NCBI RefSeq assembly: GCF_009914755.1
Contig: NC_060947.1
DNA: 64,000 nucleotides
Source: the human T2T-CHM13v2.0 reference genome, Homo sapiens
Direction: 5' to 3' (one strand)
Of this stretch, positions 1-12,945 are shown one piece after another. A program made the position numbers and the translations under genes. The notes beneath the pieces were generated by a model that had not been told where the DNA came from, made no database searches, and saw nothing but the letters and a program-made list of their open reading frames with translations. The number at the start of each line of letters is the position of its first letter. Within the stretch, counting starts at the first letter, position 1.

Positions 1-275
1 TTAGGCTGCTCGGGGGTCAGGGGTCAGGGACCCACTTGAGGAGGCAGTCTGCCCGTTCTCAGATCTCTAGCTACGTGCTGGGAGAACCACTGCTCTCTTC
101 AAAGCTGTCAGACAGGGACATTTAAGTCTGCAGAGGTTACTGCTGTCTTTTTGTTTGTCTGTGCCCTGCCCCCAGAGGTGGAGCCTACAGAGGCAGGCAG
201 GCCTCCTTGAACTGTGGTGGGCTCCACCCAGTTCGAGCTTCCCGGCTGCTTTGTTTACCTAAGCAAGCCTGGGCA

Positions 276-428
276 ATGGCGGGCGCCACTCCCCCAGCCT
301 CGCTGCCGCCTTGCAGTTTGATCTCAGACTGCTGTGCTAGCAATCAGCAAGATTCCGTGGGCGTAGGACCCTCCGAGCCAGGTGTGGGATATAGTCTCGT
401 GGTGCGCCGTTTTTTTAAGCCGGTCTGA
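276..428 (+). pseudogene. ORF0: L1 ORF0 (antisense ORF), frameshifted and truncated to 50 aa
   Basis: MAGATPPASLPPCSLISDCCASNQQDSVGVGPSEPGVGYSLVVRRF matches the ORF0 N-terminus; T7 run at 410-416 gives FFKPV* instead of FLS... Confidence 0.85.
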
Positions 429-706
429 AAAGCGCAATATTCTGGTGGGAGTGACCCGATTTTCCAGGTGTGTCCGTCACCCCTTTCTTTGACTCGGAAA
501 GGGAACTCCCTGACCCCTTGCGCTTCCCAGGTGAGGCAGTGCCTCGCCCTGCTTCGGCTCGTGCACGGTGCGCACACCCACTGGCCTGCGCCCACTGTCT
601 GGCACTCCCTAGTGAGATGAACCCGGTACCTCAGATGGAAATGCAGAAATCACCCGTCTTCTGCGTCGCTCACGCTGGGAGCTGTAGACCGGAGCTGTTC
701 CTATTC

Positions 707-715
707 GGCCATCTT
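707..715 (-). promoter_or_regulatory. YY1 site of the L1 internal sense promoter
   Basis: AAGATGGCC at L1 positions +13 to +21. Confidence 0.9.
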
Positions 716-1056
716 GGCTCCTCCCCCTAAATCCAGATATTTTCAATTGTTAACTGATAGCCCTCTGAAACCATAAGTGTGCTATTGTGAAATACAGACT
801 TCCAAATATCCAATACATATTTAATCATAATAATTAACTCCTTTCAACCTCCAAATAATGTTTATATTTCCCTCAAAATTGATTATTCATGTTACTACCT
901 CATGCAATTTCATATTTCATTTAGTTACATTAATATTCTATTAGTTCTGGGCCAATATACACTGGCAATTTTGTTACTTTATGACTATATCTCACTATGT
1001 ATTACCTAATTGCATTTTTCCAATTCCAAAGTAAGATTTTAAAAAATGAATCCTAT

Positions 1057-1915
1057 GAAAGCATTCGTATTTCTCCACATCCTCTCCAGCATCTGTTGCT
1101 TCCTGACTTTTTAATGATCGCCATTCTAACTGGCATGAGATGGTATCTCATTGTGGTGTCGATTTGCATGTCTCTAATGACCAGTGATGATGAGCTTTTT
1201 TTCATGTTTGTTGGCCGCATAAATGTCTTCTTTTGAGAAGTGTCTGTTCATATCCTTCACCCAATTTTTAATGGGGTTGTTTGTTTTTTTCTTGTAAATT
1301 TGTTTAAGTTCCTTGTAGATTCTGGATATTAGTTCTACCATCTTGGAAGACAGTGTGGCAATTCCTCAAGGATCTAGAACCAGAAATAGCATTTGACGCA
1401 GCAATCCCATTACTGGGCATATACCCAAAGGATTATAAATCATTCTACTATAAAGACACATGCACATGTATGTTTACTGCAGCACTACTCACAATAGCAA
1501 AGACTTGGAACCAACCCAAATGCCCATCAGTGATAGACTGGATAAAGAAAATGTGGCACATGTACACCATGGAATACTATGCAGCCATAAAAAAGGATGA
1601 GTTCATGTCCTTTGCAGGAACATGAATGAAGCTGGAAACCGTCATTCTCAGCAAACTGACACAGGAACAGAAAACCAAACACCGCATGTTCTCACTCATA
1701 AGTGGGAGTTGAACAATGAGAACACATGGACACAGGGAGGGGAACATACCGGGGCCTGTTAGGGGGTGGGGGGCTAGGGGAGGGATAGCATTAGGAGAAA
1801 TACCTAATATAGATGATGGGTTGATGGGTGCAGCAAACCACCATGGCAAGTGTATACCTATGTAACAAACCTGCACGTTCTGCACATGTATCCCAGAACT
1901 TAACAATATAATTTT
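1057..1915. mobile_element. 5'-truncated, 5'-inverted L1PA7-like insertion (about 1057-1332 minus, 1329-1915 plus)
   Basis: Plus part encodes the ORF2 C-terminus ([11 protein letters not shown]...PKCPS...WIKKMW) and 3' UTR; the minus part is the adjacent upstream ORF2 sequence; degenerate TSD aaaaa(t)gaatc(c/a)tat on both sides. Confidence 0.92.
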
Positions 1916-2659
1916 AAAAAGAATCATATTGTTGATATCTATGAAATAATTGATTACTTAGATAATCATCTGGCATTTTTATTCATGCTGGGCCTCCTGG
2001 GCCTGCTAGCACAGACCATTTTTTTCCATAATGCAACCCTCAATTAATTGATGTGGTCAATATCAGTGATTTAATTCAATAAAATGACCATTATCTCTCT
2101 TCTTACATGATGCCCCATGATCAGGGGTTGTGATCTGTTCACTTTTATCAAGTTGTTTAGATGTATAAACACAGCTAGAAATTGCATTTTCAATATCTTA
2201 CCAATTTGGTTATATTTGCTATAATAAATATTACAGTAATAATTTACTGTAATAATTACTGTTTCATTTATCTCACAATAATTATTTAATATTACATAAT
2301 ATCTAAATATAATAAAATATAACATTTGTGATAGTTTTAAATATTTACATAAAATTAGCTGGAACGGTATTATTTGAATGCAACTGGCCTAAAATTAATC
2401 ACTTGCAATCTTAGCTGTAAATAAGGCCAAGGGTTGAAAAAACACTATAAAAATAATCATTTGACTTGGTCTTTATACCATTTGTACTTTCTGACTTTCA
2501 ACATATTCTCTTCTGGCTTTTTCCCAAACCACATTAATAATACTGTTCCTTGCTAATGTTCATTTTTTAAATTAATATTTCTTATTCCCTCTTGATACCA
2601 CATAGGCTTATCTTACTTGGGTGCACTGTGTGATTTGTAACACAGTTCACTATTTTTTT

Positions 2660-3640
2660 TTTCATCTTGATATCCTCTCCTCCTTTGACATTTGGAACAC
2701 CACACTTGTTTTCACTCTACCTCATACAAACTCTTTATCATTCTCTTTTATTGTTGCAGTATTAGTTATCCATTGCTACATAATAATATTACCACACACT
2801 TAGCAACTTAAAACAGCACACAATTGTTATCTCAGAGTTTCTGTGGGTCAGGAGTCTGAGCACAGCTTAGCTGTGCCTTCTACTTTATGATCTCAAAAAG
2901 CTGTACTCAAGATGTTGGCCAGATCTATCGTCTCATCTGAGGCTTCACTGGAGGATTTGCTTCCAAGCTCACATGATTATGGGTAGAATTCAGTTCTCTA
3001 CAGTATGTGAAACTCATGTTCTCAGTTTTTTTGCTGGTCAGAGACTGCCCTCAATTTTTGGCTATGTAGGCCAGAAATTCTCCCAGTCTGAAAACTTTTT
3101 CAAATCCAGGAAGAGTCTCTTAGCAAGATTGGGAATTACAATTTTATGTAACAATCTTGTGTAATGTAATCATATGCATCCAGTCACCTTTGGTTGGAAG
3201 CAAGTCACAGGACTTGCCCATACTCAAGGGGAGAGTAGTACCCAAGGACATGAATACCAGAAGGCAAGGACCACAGAATTCACCTTAAAAACTGTCTGCC
3301 ACAGTATCCTATTATTTTACCATTTCCTACATTGCCATTCGTCCCCAATACTTTGTTTTTACCTTTTCTTTTTGCAGCCAAGACCAGACTAAAAAGTCAA
3401 TTGCCTGTTGGATATTCCATGGATACTTCGAACAAAATATATCCACAATCAACTCCATCATTTTTCAACCTTTTTCTTCCCCTACAAGCCTGACATTTAT
3501 TTGTTTGTCTTACTTATCTCAGAGAATGTAATGTCCAGCTACCCAGTTAAATGCAACCAGAGCCTTCTTTGTCTCTTTTCTCTATATCTAACATCTTTAG
3601 ATCCCCACCACTTCCGTCTTTCATGAATTTATTTAATAAC
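2660..3640 (+). mobile_element. L2 fragments on both sides of the MLT1 LTR
   Basis: Degenerate L2-like text such as gcctgttggatattccatggatacttc...atatccacaatcaactc. Confidence 0.45.
2757..3303 (-). mobile_element. MLT1 (E/F-like) MaLR solo LTR
   Basis: tattagttatccattgct...acttaaaaca...tctcagagtttctgtgggtcaggagtctgagcacagcttagctg...ctgccaca. Confidence 0.85.
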
Positions 3641-4147
3641 TCCTAATGTGAAATTATTACCACACGCAGATGGTACAATTGTATATTTAGATTGCCTATG
3701 AAAATCAACTAAAAACACTACAAAAATATGTGAATTCAGTAATATAGCTGCATAATAGAATTACATGTAGATTCCAGTAGATTTTCTGTATACAAAAATA
3801 AACAGGTGGGAGATCTAATAGAAGAATAGTCCCCAATTATAATGGCAACAAAAATTAAAACTAAATTGACATATAATTTAAGACTTATATGAAGAAAACT
3901 ATAAAATTCAGGTGAAGGGCAAACACCCCGAACAAAAGAAAGCCTGTGTTCTTAGGTAAGAAAGCTCTACATAAAAAGATCTATTTTTCACTACGTAATT
4001 TTACACTTTACTATAATCCAAGTTAAACTTATTAAGAGGTTTTTGTTGAAAACTTGATCCTTAAGTTAGTTAACATCAGTTTTAAAATAACCGAGAAAAT
4101 ATATAAAATAAAAACAAGGAGAAAATAAATGAAAATAAAATGAGTCT

Positions 4148-4434
<287 letters not shown>

Positions 4435-4931
4435 TTATAATGGTGTGGTATTGGCCCAGACAATTCATTTAATATGTGATGAAGTTTGAACCTTTGATCA
4501 TGAAAAAAAACATTTTGATTATTCAATTAGTTGAATAACATCTATACAACTAGATGTTATAAATTAATAAATGTCTATATTGCATGCTATGAGATAAAAG
4601 GATAATTTTCAAATGTATCAAAGGCCTAAATATAAAGAATGAAACCATACAGTACTAGAATAAAGAATGTCCGTATGGCCTTGAAATTGATAAGGCCTTC
4701 CTCATTGCGACCATGAATCTGCACGTGTTAAAGGAAAGACTGATAATTGAAGCAAAAATAATTTTCAAAAATATATTGGATACAAATACCGTAGGCACAG
4801 TCAAAAGACAATTGACAACCACATATGAAAATTACACTGGCGTACCATTTTTCATCTGAACGGATTGGCAAAAATCCAAAATTTGATATTGTAGTCTGTA
4901 TACGAGTCTGTGTAAAAGAGACATTCATAAA

Positions 4932-5073
4932 CAAATGCTCCTTGATTCACGATGGGTTTAGTTAGACATAACCCTATTGTAAGTCAAGAAGCATAATGAA
5001 TGTACATCACCTTCATGCCATCAAAAAGTCAAAAAAACTCATAACTTGAACCATCATATGTCAGGGGCCGTCT
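4932..5073. mobile_element. Tigger4/MER46-type MITE
   Basis: Imperfect TIRs caaatgctccttgattcacgatgg ... ccatcatatgtcaggggccgtct. Confidence 0.75.
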
Positions 5074-5789
5074 ATACATTGTGGGTAAAGTATACATTGA
5101 AACAGACGTAATGGGAGAGTTGTTGACAATATTTAGAATAGTCGCAAACAGTTTTCATTATACTGTCCCAACCCCTTATCTTTTCACACAAAACCCAGCA
5201 AGCTGAAAGCTTTGTTTACCTCACTTGTATAATCTCCCTTCACTCCCTTTAAGAGAAATTCTCATTTCACCCTTCCATGCCTTTATAGATGCTATTATGT
5301 CTACAGGGAAATTTGTTCCTCTAATCTCCCACTCTTCCATTTACCTAAATCCTATTCGCCCTTTGAATCTCCACTCAAGAGACATCTTCCCCAGGAATCC
5401 TGCCTCATTGCCCTCTCTGATTTTCTTTCCGGTTCCTACTTTGATTATTCTCTCTCTGCAAGCTTTCACAACACTCTATGTACAACTCCATCAAAGAACT
5501 TATTAAACTCTTTTGTAAATTTTGAGCTTCGTATCACCAATCCCTAACAAAGTATGTGACACACTGGAAAGTCAGAGCTAACCTAATTCAACAACTAACA
5601 AACATTGGTTTTTAACCCCTAAATGACCCACATTGCCACAAAATAATTTAAAACATCCATATTGTCAACACAAATGTTTGAGCAGTATCATAAAAATCAA
5701 TTCACCTTCCCATGTACTTTTGGCAATGAATATGCAGTCAAATTATAGGCATAATTTCCTACTACTCCAGTGAATAACCCTGCACATAC

Positions 5790-6220
5790 CTGACACTAAC
5801 ATTTAAATTAAAAGTTTAGTCAGCCAAAGACCACCAGGAACAAGACTGTAGTCAGAAAAATAATCAGATTTATTCACTCAGTGCAACAAGGGAGGATATG
5901 CCAGAGGAATATTATTCCAGAGGATGGAAGCATCCTTCCTAAAGGTTAGGTTTGCTGAAGCATTATGAGGGGATCATTTCTGGATTGGATACTGTTTCTA
6001 GGGTGGGATCATTGATAAGAAATCACTTAAAGAGAAGGATGCTACAACGTTTTACACTTTCGTTGTGATTTTGGGAGCAACAATGATTACAGTAAACTAC
6101 ATGCCTGGCTTTGTATGTGTCTATCTTCCTGGTCTGGTTAACTACAGGACTTTTGTTCTTTTTTAGTCCAATATGGATTTTCACTTTTCCAGTCCTGAAC
6201 ATGTTTTCACTTTTTCAGCA
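5790..6220 (-). mobile_element. ERVL-class LTR (MER54/73/74/88-like)
   Basis: cagccaaagaccaccaggaaca..ctgtagtc...tttatt is the reverse complement of the LTR U5 motif also seen near 12880-12935. Confidence 0.55.
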
Positions 6221-7109
6221 ATCTTTGAAAACCAGAATGATAGGACTATCATAGCCCTTGGAATTTTAAACCTAGCTCTTTCATTTACTGGTTTAAAAAC
6301 TTTTAAATTTTAGTTTAGTCTAATGACCTCATATGTAAAATTTGATAAGCATATTTGTTCAAAGAGCTGTTATTTTAAGGATTAAATAATCTAAAATATT
6401 TAACATACATAATATAGTACCTCCATATAATAGGTATTAAATATGCCATAGCTGACAAGAGGAAGAGGAAGAGTAGGAGTCTAAAATTTCAAAATAACTG
6501 GTAGTGAAGACGAAACAGTAATCGGACTCACTGTTGTTTTCCAAAGACGTATTTTTTATTAGAGTCAAAGAAACTGTCACTGAATTTGAAGGGGTAAAAG
6601 ATTTGTTGGGATCAGCAGCCAAGTAGAATAGAACTTTGAAGGTCAGAACTAAAAGTTCAAATTCAGTCTATGAGATTGTTGGGAGATACAGAGTAATATG
6701 CACTCTGGGAGAAGTTTCAAATACCATCCCAGCTGGTGTGAGTGATGTGTCTATTATATTTTTGTCAAATTTGGCACCATCCACCTGTCTCACATCAGAG
6801 CATTATATGAAAAGAATAGGCTTTTCCAAAGTATCAAGTTGTCAAAATGTTTCAATCCTCTTAACAAAAGTGTTGTATTTAGCTCCATAGTACATCTGTA
6901 TCATTGAAATAAGGCCCTTTACTGCTAAAAAGAAATTATCCAGGAAAAATGAAAAGAGGAAAAGGAGAATGTGTATGAAAAAACTTAATGATAATAACCA
7001 CAACTATCCCCAACCTGGATTCTACTTCGTACGTTTCTGTCTGAATGTGCCACATTTTAGTCTCTTTAAACTGATGAAAAAATAATCATTTCCCTATTCA
7101 GAAACCTAG

Positions 7110-7280
7110 ACTCAAATATTTATTGAACACCCTGTATGTGCTGGCCTTATGTTATACGCTATGGATAAAACAGTGAATTAGATGTTCATGCTCCCTACCC
7201 TGATGGAGCTCTGATTACCTGGTAATCAGAAAAGTAATCACGTATTTGCAATTCACTGTGATAAGTGCTTTATGAGAAGG
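7110..7280 (-). mobile_element. L2 3' fragment
   Basis: caaatatttattgaacacc...atgtgctgg...ccctaccctgatggagct. Confidence 0.75.
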
Positions 7281-8029
7281 GAAGTGAACAATTAAAGTGC
7301 AAAGGATTATAGGACTTTCCGGGGAGGATGTAAACCTAGACAGTCGCTGTAGCCCTCTCTTTCAACTTTGATCCAACTTCAAACTAGCACCTATGTGTGA
7401 AAGAGTTGCTAGATTCAGAGGCAGGTGGACACCACAAGGTGAAAAATCAGCCACTTGTTTTGTTGGGATCTGATCCTACAGAACTGGCAATGGACTTTTC
7501 CTATTTGGGTGAGACCAAAGTCTGTAACCAGCTGCAGAAAGCTTTAGGAAGAGACTTAGGACACCACAATTCCTAGGGAGAACTTGCCATCAGTATCCAT
7601 GGATGTCCAAGCAGAATGGTGATGCTGGCTGCTGGGATTGTGTCTGGCAGACCTACTGGTCTCCATGAATGCTGAAAAGCATCTCAGGATTGCAGATGAG
7701 TTTATCTGAATTCTCATTGCTCCTGAATTTAGAGAACATCGGTCTTTGTAACTGAATAAATAGGCAGCAGAGAGGCTTCCTTCTGATGTTTCTATGGGGA
7801 ACTGACACTTTGTGACCTAGGGTATTTATTGACAGCCCAGATAGCCAGCGACTACTCATTCTTCACCGTTCTGCTTGAAGTACCCTAGACATCAAACGCT
7901 ACCCCCAAGGATGAATGGAGCCAAGAGAAAAGACAAATAACAAAACCAATAAGAGATTCTGAAACCGGGGAGAGAGAAAAAAAAAAGTAGGACAGCCAAG
8001 ACAGGAGGTAGGCAAGTAGGCATAGATTA

Positions 8030-9400
8030 ATAGTTTAAAGAACTTTTATTTGCAACATATAATTCTGAAACCAAAACAAGCAAAAACCAGAAAAAGGTTT
8101 TTAAACTTAACAATTCAGCAAAGAATTTTTAACTGAGAAGAGCTTCATTATTGATAAATGAATTAGTGAACTGAAAAGTCAAGATAAACTATATTTCAAA
8201 ATACAGATATAATAAAAAACAGGTGGTAATTTCAGGAGAAAAAAATAGCAGCGCTACGTATTGGATCTGAAGATCCAAGATACAAATGTAAAGAGTTCCA
8301 GAATGAGAGAGCAGGGATATTAGAGAAGAGGGGAAGATTAACCAAATAATAACAGAATATTCCCCTAAACAAATAATAACAGAATAGTCCCCTAAGGTTA
8401 AAAAAAAGACTTCAGTCTGAATATTGAATATATTCATTTAAGCCTATTTAGGCTTGATGAGAAATGATCCTTAGGCATATCCTGATAAAATTTCTGTACT
8501 CCAAGATAAAGAGAAGAACCTTACAAAATCTGAAAGAGGGTGAAAAACGGAAAGGTATATACAAAGGAAAAGAATCAGGCATTAGATACTTGAAACTAGA
8601 GGAGCAATCTATAAGCTAATGAGAGAAAAGATACAATTTTTAAATTCTGAACCCAAAGAAATAGCTCACCTGTCAAAATATTTTTTAAAATGAAGAGAAT
8701 ATAGCATACACATTTTATGAAGAAAATTACCATCTAACCAAATAATTATTGAATCAAACAGAAAATGTAAGACAGAAAAAGATAAATAGAAGAGGAAATA
8801 AGAGAAAATCTAAATTTTTTCACTCATTTTGACTCTATACATTTATAATACATGATATATAATATATGATACATAATATATACAGCCATGCACATATGAA
8901 TATAAATAATGCATGATACAGTGACTATTAGTGAACAATATGGAATATTTAAATTAAAGAATCATAATGCAGAAAATACAAGTAATAGTGTAGATTAAAA
9001 ATGTTTAATTAATAAACCCAAACCTAGAGTTAGAAGAGAAGGCTAGTAAAAGTAAAAGGTCTTTAATGACACTTGGTACAGATATGTTTATTTCAGCACT
9101 ATTTATAAAATGAAAACAGAACTAATGATTTTAATAAATCATAGTACAGACACCATGAACATTATGTGACCATTAAAAATAATAAATAGAAGGTATCCCA
9201 ATTGTTTTGGATAGATTTACAACATTTGTTGTTTAATGAAAAGACAATGTGCAGAGTTGCATATATAAAATAAATCCCTTATATGTTTGAGTATGTGTGT
9301 ACACCCATGTACATAATTACATGAGCATTGAGAAGAATTTGAAATTATAAACACTGGTCTGTTAATATTGGTTACCCTCTTGTGGGGAGTAGCAGGAAGA
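8030..9400 (+). mobile_element. Ancient L1 ORF1/HAL1-like remnant followed by an L1ME-type 3' end
   Basis: aatgaattagtgaactgaaaa...agatccaa...gagttccagaatgagag; later atgtttatttcagcactatttataa and ctgttaatattggttaccc. Confidence 0.55.
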
Positions 9401-10341
9401 AAGAAGAGAGAGCACAAAAAAAAAAAACCAGTGAAAGAAAGATAATTGTTTTTAACAGTGTCCTTGTTAAAAAAGAAATTATGTATTATGTAATCTCAGT
9501 TATAGGTGTGTAATATATGATGTATATGCACAAAGAGATATATGGAATGATGGTTAAGGATGGTTATTAAAACTTTAATTGAAGTTTCCTTGAGGTAGTA
9601 AGTTTCAGAAAGTATATATTTTTCTATATTTACACACATATATATACAAAGATTTGTAAATATAAGGCTATCATCATAATTACAAATTCACAAAGGAATA
9701 TTGACATTATCATAATTGTTCCTTATTGAACACAAACAAATGTCAGTAACTAGACTCACAACTTTATATATAACATATTTAATTCTACAAAATTTTTTAA
9801 TTCTAAAAATGTATTATTGTCACATGACAGTTGAGGAATCTGAGTTTAAAGAAGGTTGTATTTCTTACAAAGGTGATAGAGATAGTGAGAAAAATTCAGA
9901 TCTAACTGCCTCAAAATACTTTCTTTTGAATACTACTCAGTACTTTCCTCTTTCTGTCCCCCTACTCCAACCCATCGCTGTGCCTACTCTCCTAGGCACA
10001 CTTTCTTCCTTTCACTAAAAAATATTTTTAAAGGTGTTTGATGCCAAAAGATTATTCTCTTCGCTGGATTTGTGCACTAACACCTCTCAGTTCTGCTTCC
10101 TGGGCATTACTGGACCTGCTAATTGTAACTATGACTAAGCTATTACCTTCACATGTTGTTTCCATTTTCGAGGGCATTTCACTATTTTTTCTTTATGTAT
10201 TATAGATATTAGAAATAATTAGTTTAGAAAGTGTCAGTGTGTGTGAATAAACTTAATAAAGCCATAATTTTTTCTCACTTTTAGTGAGTCACATAAGCTG
10301 AAACTTCCTTCTTTTTTTTTTTCTTTAAAACATTAGCTGAG

Positions 10342-10660
10342 GGCCGGGTGCGGTGGCTCACACCTATAATCCCAGCACTTTGGGAGGCCAAGGTGGGCGG
10401 ATCACTTGAGGTCAGGAGTTGGAGACCAGCGTAGCCAACATGGTGAAACCCCATCTCTTCTAAAATTACAAAACTTAGCTGAGCGTGGTGGCGGGAGCCT
10501 GTAATCCCAGCTACTCCGGAGGCTGAGGCAGGAGAATCGCTTGAGCCTGGGAGATGGAGGGTTGCAGTGAGCCGGGATGGAGCCACTGCACTCCAGCCTG
10601 GGCGACAGAGTGAGACTCGATCCCCCAAAAAATAAATTAATAATAAATAAATAAATAAAA
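10342..10660 (+). mobile_element. AluS (Sx/Sz-like), full length
   Basis: ggccgggtgcggtggctcacacc...gaggtcaggagtt...dimeric body with A-rich tail. Confidence 0.97.
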
Positions 10661-11144
10661 CAGTTGAAATCAAGACAGTGCTTCAATAGGCACCTCCTTC
10701 TTATGTATCTAATATTTCTAAACAGGTTGAGAAATTGCCTTACTGGGTGGGGATGTTTCCAATATTCTTACTCTTATTTGTCAACCTTATAGTTTTAGCC
10801 TTCAGTTATCAACCAGGATTTTTAAAAATTATTTTTTTCTTTAAAACTTTGGTTTAAATCAGGACAGTGCTTCAAAAGGCACTAAACTCTTCTCCAAAAA
10901 AAGATCATTTAATAATTACTCATATTTATTGATTGCTCACCATGTTTGATGTTATTTCAAGATAGATTTTCATGGTGATTTCGACTTCAACTGAAGCATT
11001 AAGACCTTTACAAAAACCTGGTATGGAACATCATTTTCTCTCTTAAACTAAATGAGACAGTAATTGCTTTTATTTATTTGGTTTGCTACCAGTAAGATCC
11101 ATTAATAGAGAATACGTATTACATTTACAAGATACTGGAGGTTC

Positions 11145-11530
11145 TTTGTTTAAACCACTTCATTGAGGTAAACTAAAATACAAAAGCTGCACAAATTTAA
11201 TGTATACAATTTGAGTTCAGAAATAAGTATATATGCATGAAACCATCACCACAATCTATGTCATAAACCTGTCCATCACTTTCAAAAGTTTCCTCCTGCC
11301 CTCTTATTTGTTCTTATTATTATGGTGATACAAACACAATATAAGATGTACTCAATTAGCAAATTTTTAAGTATACAATACAGTATTTTTAATGGTAGAC
11401 ACTATGCTGTACAGTAGATCTCTAAGACCTAGTCATCTTGTATTGTCTAAACTTTGTACCCTTTGACTAATACCTCCCTATTTTCTCATCCTCCCAGCAC
11501 CTGACAACCACCATTCTATTCTGTGCTTAA
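11145..11530 (-). mobile_element. L1MA/L1MB 3' end
   Basis: ttcattgaggta...atgtatacaatttga...tttttaagtatacaatacagtatt...ctgtacagtagatctcta. Confidence 0.85.
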
Positions 11531-11721
11531 CTGACTTGTATAGAAATGTACGACCTTAGAGAATTTATGCTGTTGGTAGTTGATACATTCTCTGTCCTCA
11601 CTGAAGATTATTATCATTAGAAAGTTTAATTACAAATTTCCTACACTTTCTAAATATTTGCTTTAATGAATTGAAAACATTTTAAACAAAATTCAGTGTC
11701 TGAATTTAAAAAATACATGTG

Positions 11722-12140
11722 TGTCTAGAAGCACAAATACCTCATGATCTCACTTATATGAGGAATCTGGAAAAGTTGAACTCATAGAAATTGAGAGTCG
11801 AATAGTGGTTATCAAGGGCTGGGGGACAGGAGAAGGATGAGGAAAGGGGAGATGTCAGTTAAAGGGTACAAAGTTTTAGTTAGACAGAAGTAATGAGCTT
11901 TAGTGACCTATTGCAGAGAATGGTGACTATAATTGCTAGTAATGTTTCGCATATTTCAAAATTACTAAAGGTAGATCTTAAATGTTCTCACTATAAAAAA
12001 TAATGAATATGTCAGGTGATGGATATGGTAACTAGCTTGATTTAAGCATTTTGGAATGTAAATATATATCAAAACATCATATTATAACCCACACATATAT
12101 GCAATTATTATTTGTCAATTAAAAGTAAAATAAATTTTTA
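11722..12140 (+). mobile_element. L1MA 3' end with TSD aaaaatacatgtg
   Basis: acaaatacctcatgatctcacttatatgaggaatct...aaatgttctcac...; TSD at about 11709-11721 and 12140-12152. Confidence 0.9.
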
Positions 12141-12249
12141 AAAATACATGTGGGCTTATTTTGTGAGAAACCCAGGGGAGAGATGTAAACTCTGCTTCAG
12201 TCCTATCTCAGCTGTTCTCCTAAGAGGACCAAGTCTGGTGTTCAAATTT

Positions 12250-12327
12250 TTTAAACTTATTTTGTATTATTTAACTTATTGTTTTAACTTGTTGTTTAAC
12301 TTATTCTTTTAACTTATTTTGTATTAC
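12250..12327. repeat. Degenerate tandem repeat with a TTTAACTTATT core
   Basis: About 5 copies of ttaactt(a/g)tt. Confidence 0.7.
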
Positions 12328-12599
12328 CATTTTCATCTTCATCACTCTTTCCCTGAGCACTAGCCTTTCAGGGCTCCCAGTATTTATTTATGGCGAAAGT
12401 TTGGGGACAGTAATAACTCAGGTATAAATTGGATAATAAGAAAATAAAACAGTGACTACTAGCCCATAATGTTGAACATACACAACACTTATAGAATCTT
12501 AAAAAACCTCAAATAAAGCCACTCAGTGACCTTATCTGGAATAAGATAAAGGAGACAAGCGCACTCTGCAAACGCAAAAGGAACTAGACATCTCCTTTT

Positions 12600-12945
12600 T
12601 GTGACAGACATGACTGACTGCTACTTTTTTTTTTAACCAATGTTAGCTGCAGTCCAGCTTTAAACCTCTCATCTCCTAGAAATATATCATATACTTGTAT
12701 ATGATATCCAATGACTCAACTATCCCTGTTAATGACATCATATCCAGAATAGGACGCTGATCTCTTGAACCCTCCTGAGCGCAAAGCACAAGCTCTAATC
12801 CTGTAAGGAGTTCCTCCCAAGTCCTATTTCTGAAGGACTCCTCGGATTTCCTGCAATATGGTCCAATTGGCTGCAGCAAGCATGATAAACCTCATCTCAT
12901 TTTTCTACAGGTGTGTTCCTGGTGATATGTGGTCAGTAAGTATCT
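12600..12945 (+). mobile_element. ERVL-class LTR (MER54/73/74/88-like)
   Basis: tgtgaca start; gctgcagcaag..ataaacct...ctacaggtgtgttcctggtg end motif. Confidence 0.55.

Larger units (their letters stand above)
1..727 (-). mobile_element. 5' UTR of a young L1 (L1PA2/L1HS type) with intact 5' end; the element continues off the left edge
   Basis: Reverse complement starts GGGGGAGGAGCCAAGATGGCCGAATAGGAACAGCTCCGGTCTACAGCTCCCAGCGTGAGCGACG, the L1 nt-1 consensus; CpG-rich with little divergence. Confidence 0.97.

Noticed and set aside
1353-1625. 90-aa ORF with clear protein similarity, also 20838-21197
   Set aside because: L1 ORF2 C-terminal fragments in truncated, non-autonomous copies
7212-7230. 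Short hairpin ctgattacc-t-ggtaatcag
   Set aside because: 9-bp arms inside an L2 fragment; too short to separate from chance
10281-10686. ORFs containing SPRLECSG or [12 protein letters not shown], also near 4189, 29136, 48863, 51149, 57466 and 60988
   Set aside because: Standard antisense Alu translations
11145-12140. Opposed L1M 3' ends as one inverted insertion
   Set aside because: The second has its own TSD and a different 3' UTR, so these are independent insertions
12250-12327. Spaced short repeats as a CRISPR-like array
   Set aside because: Low-complexity AT tandem repeat without unique spacers, in eukaryotic DNA
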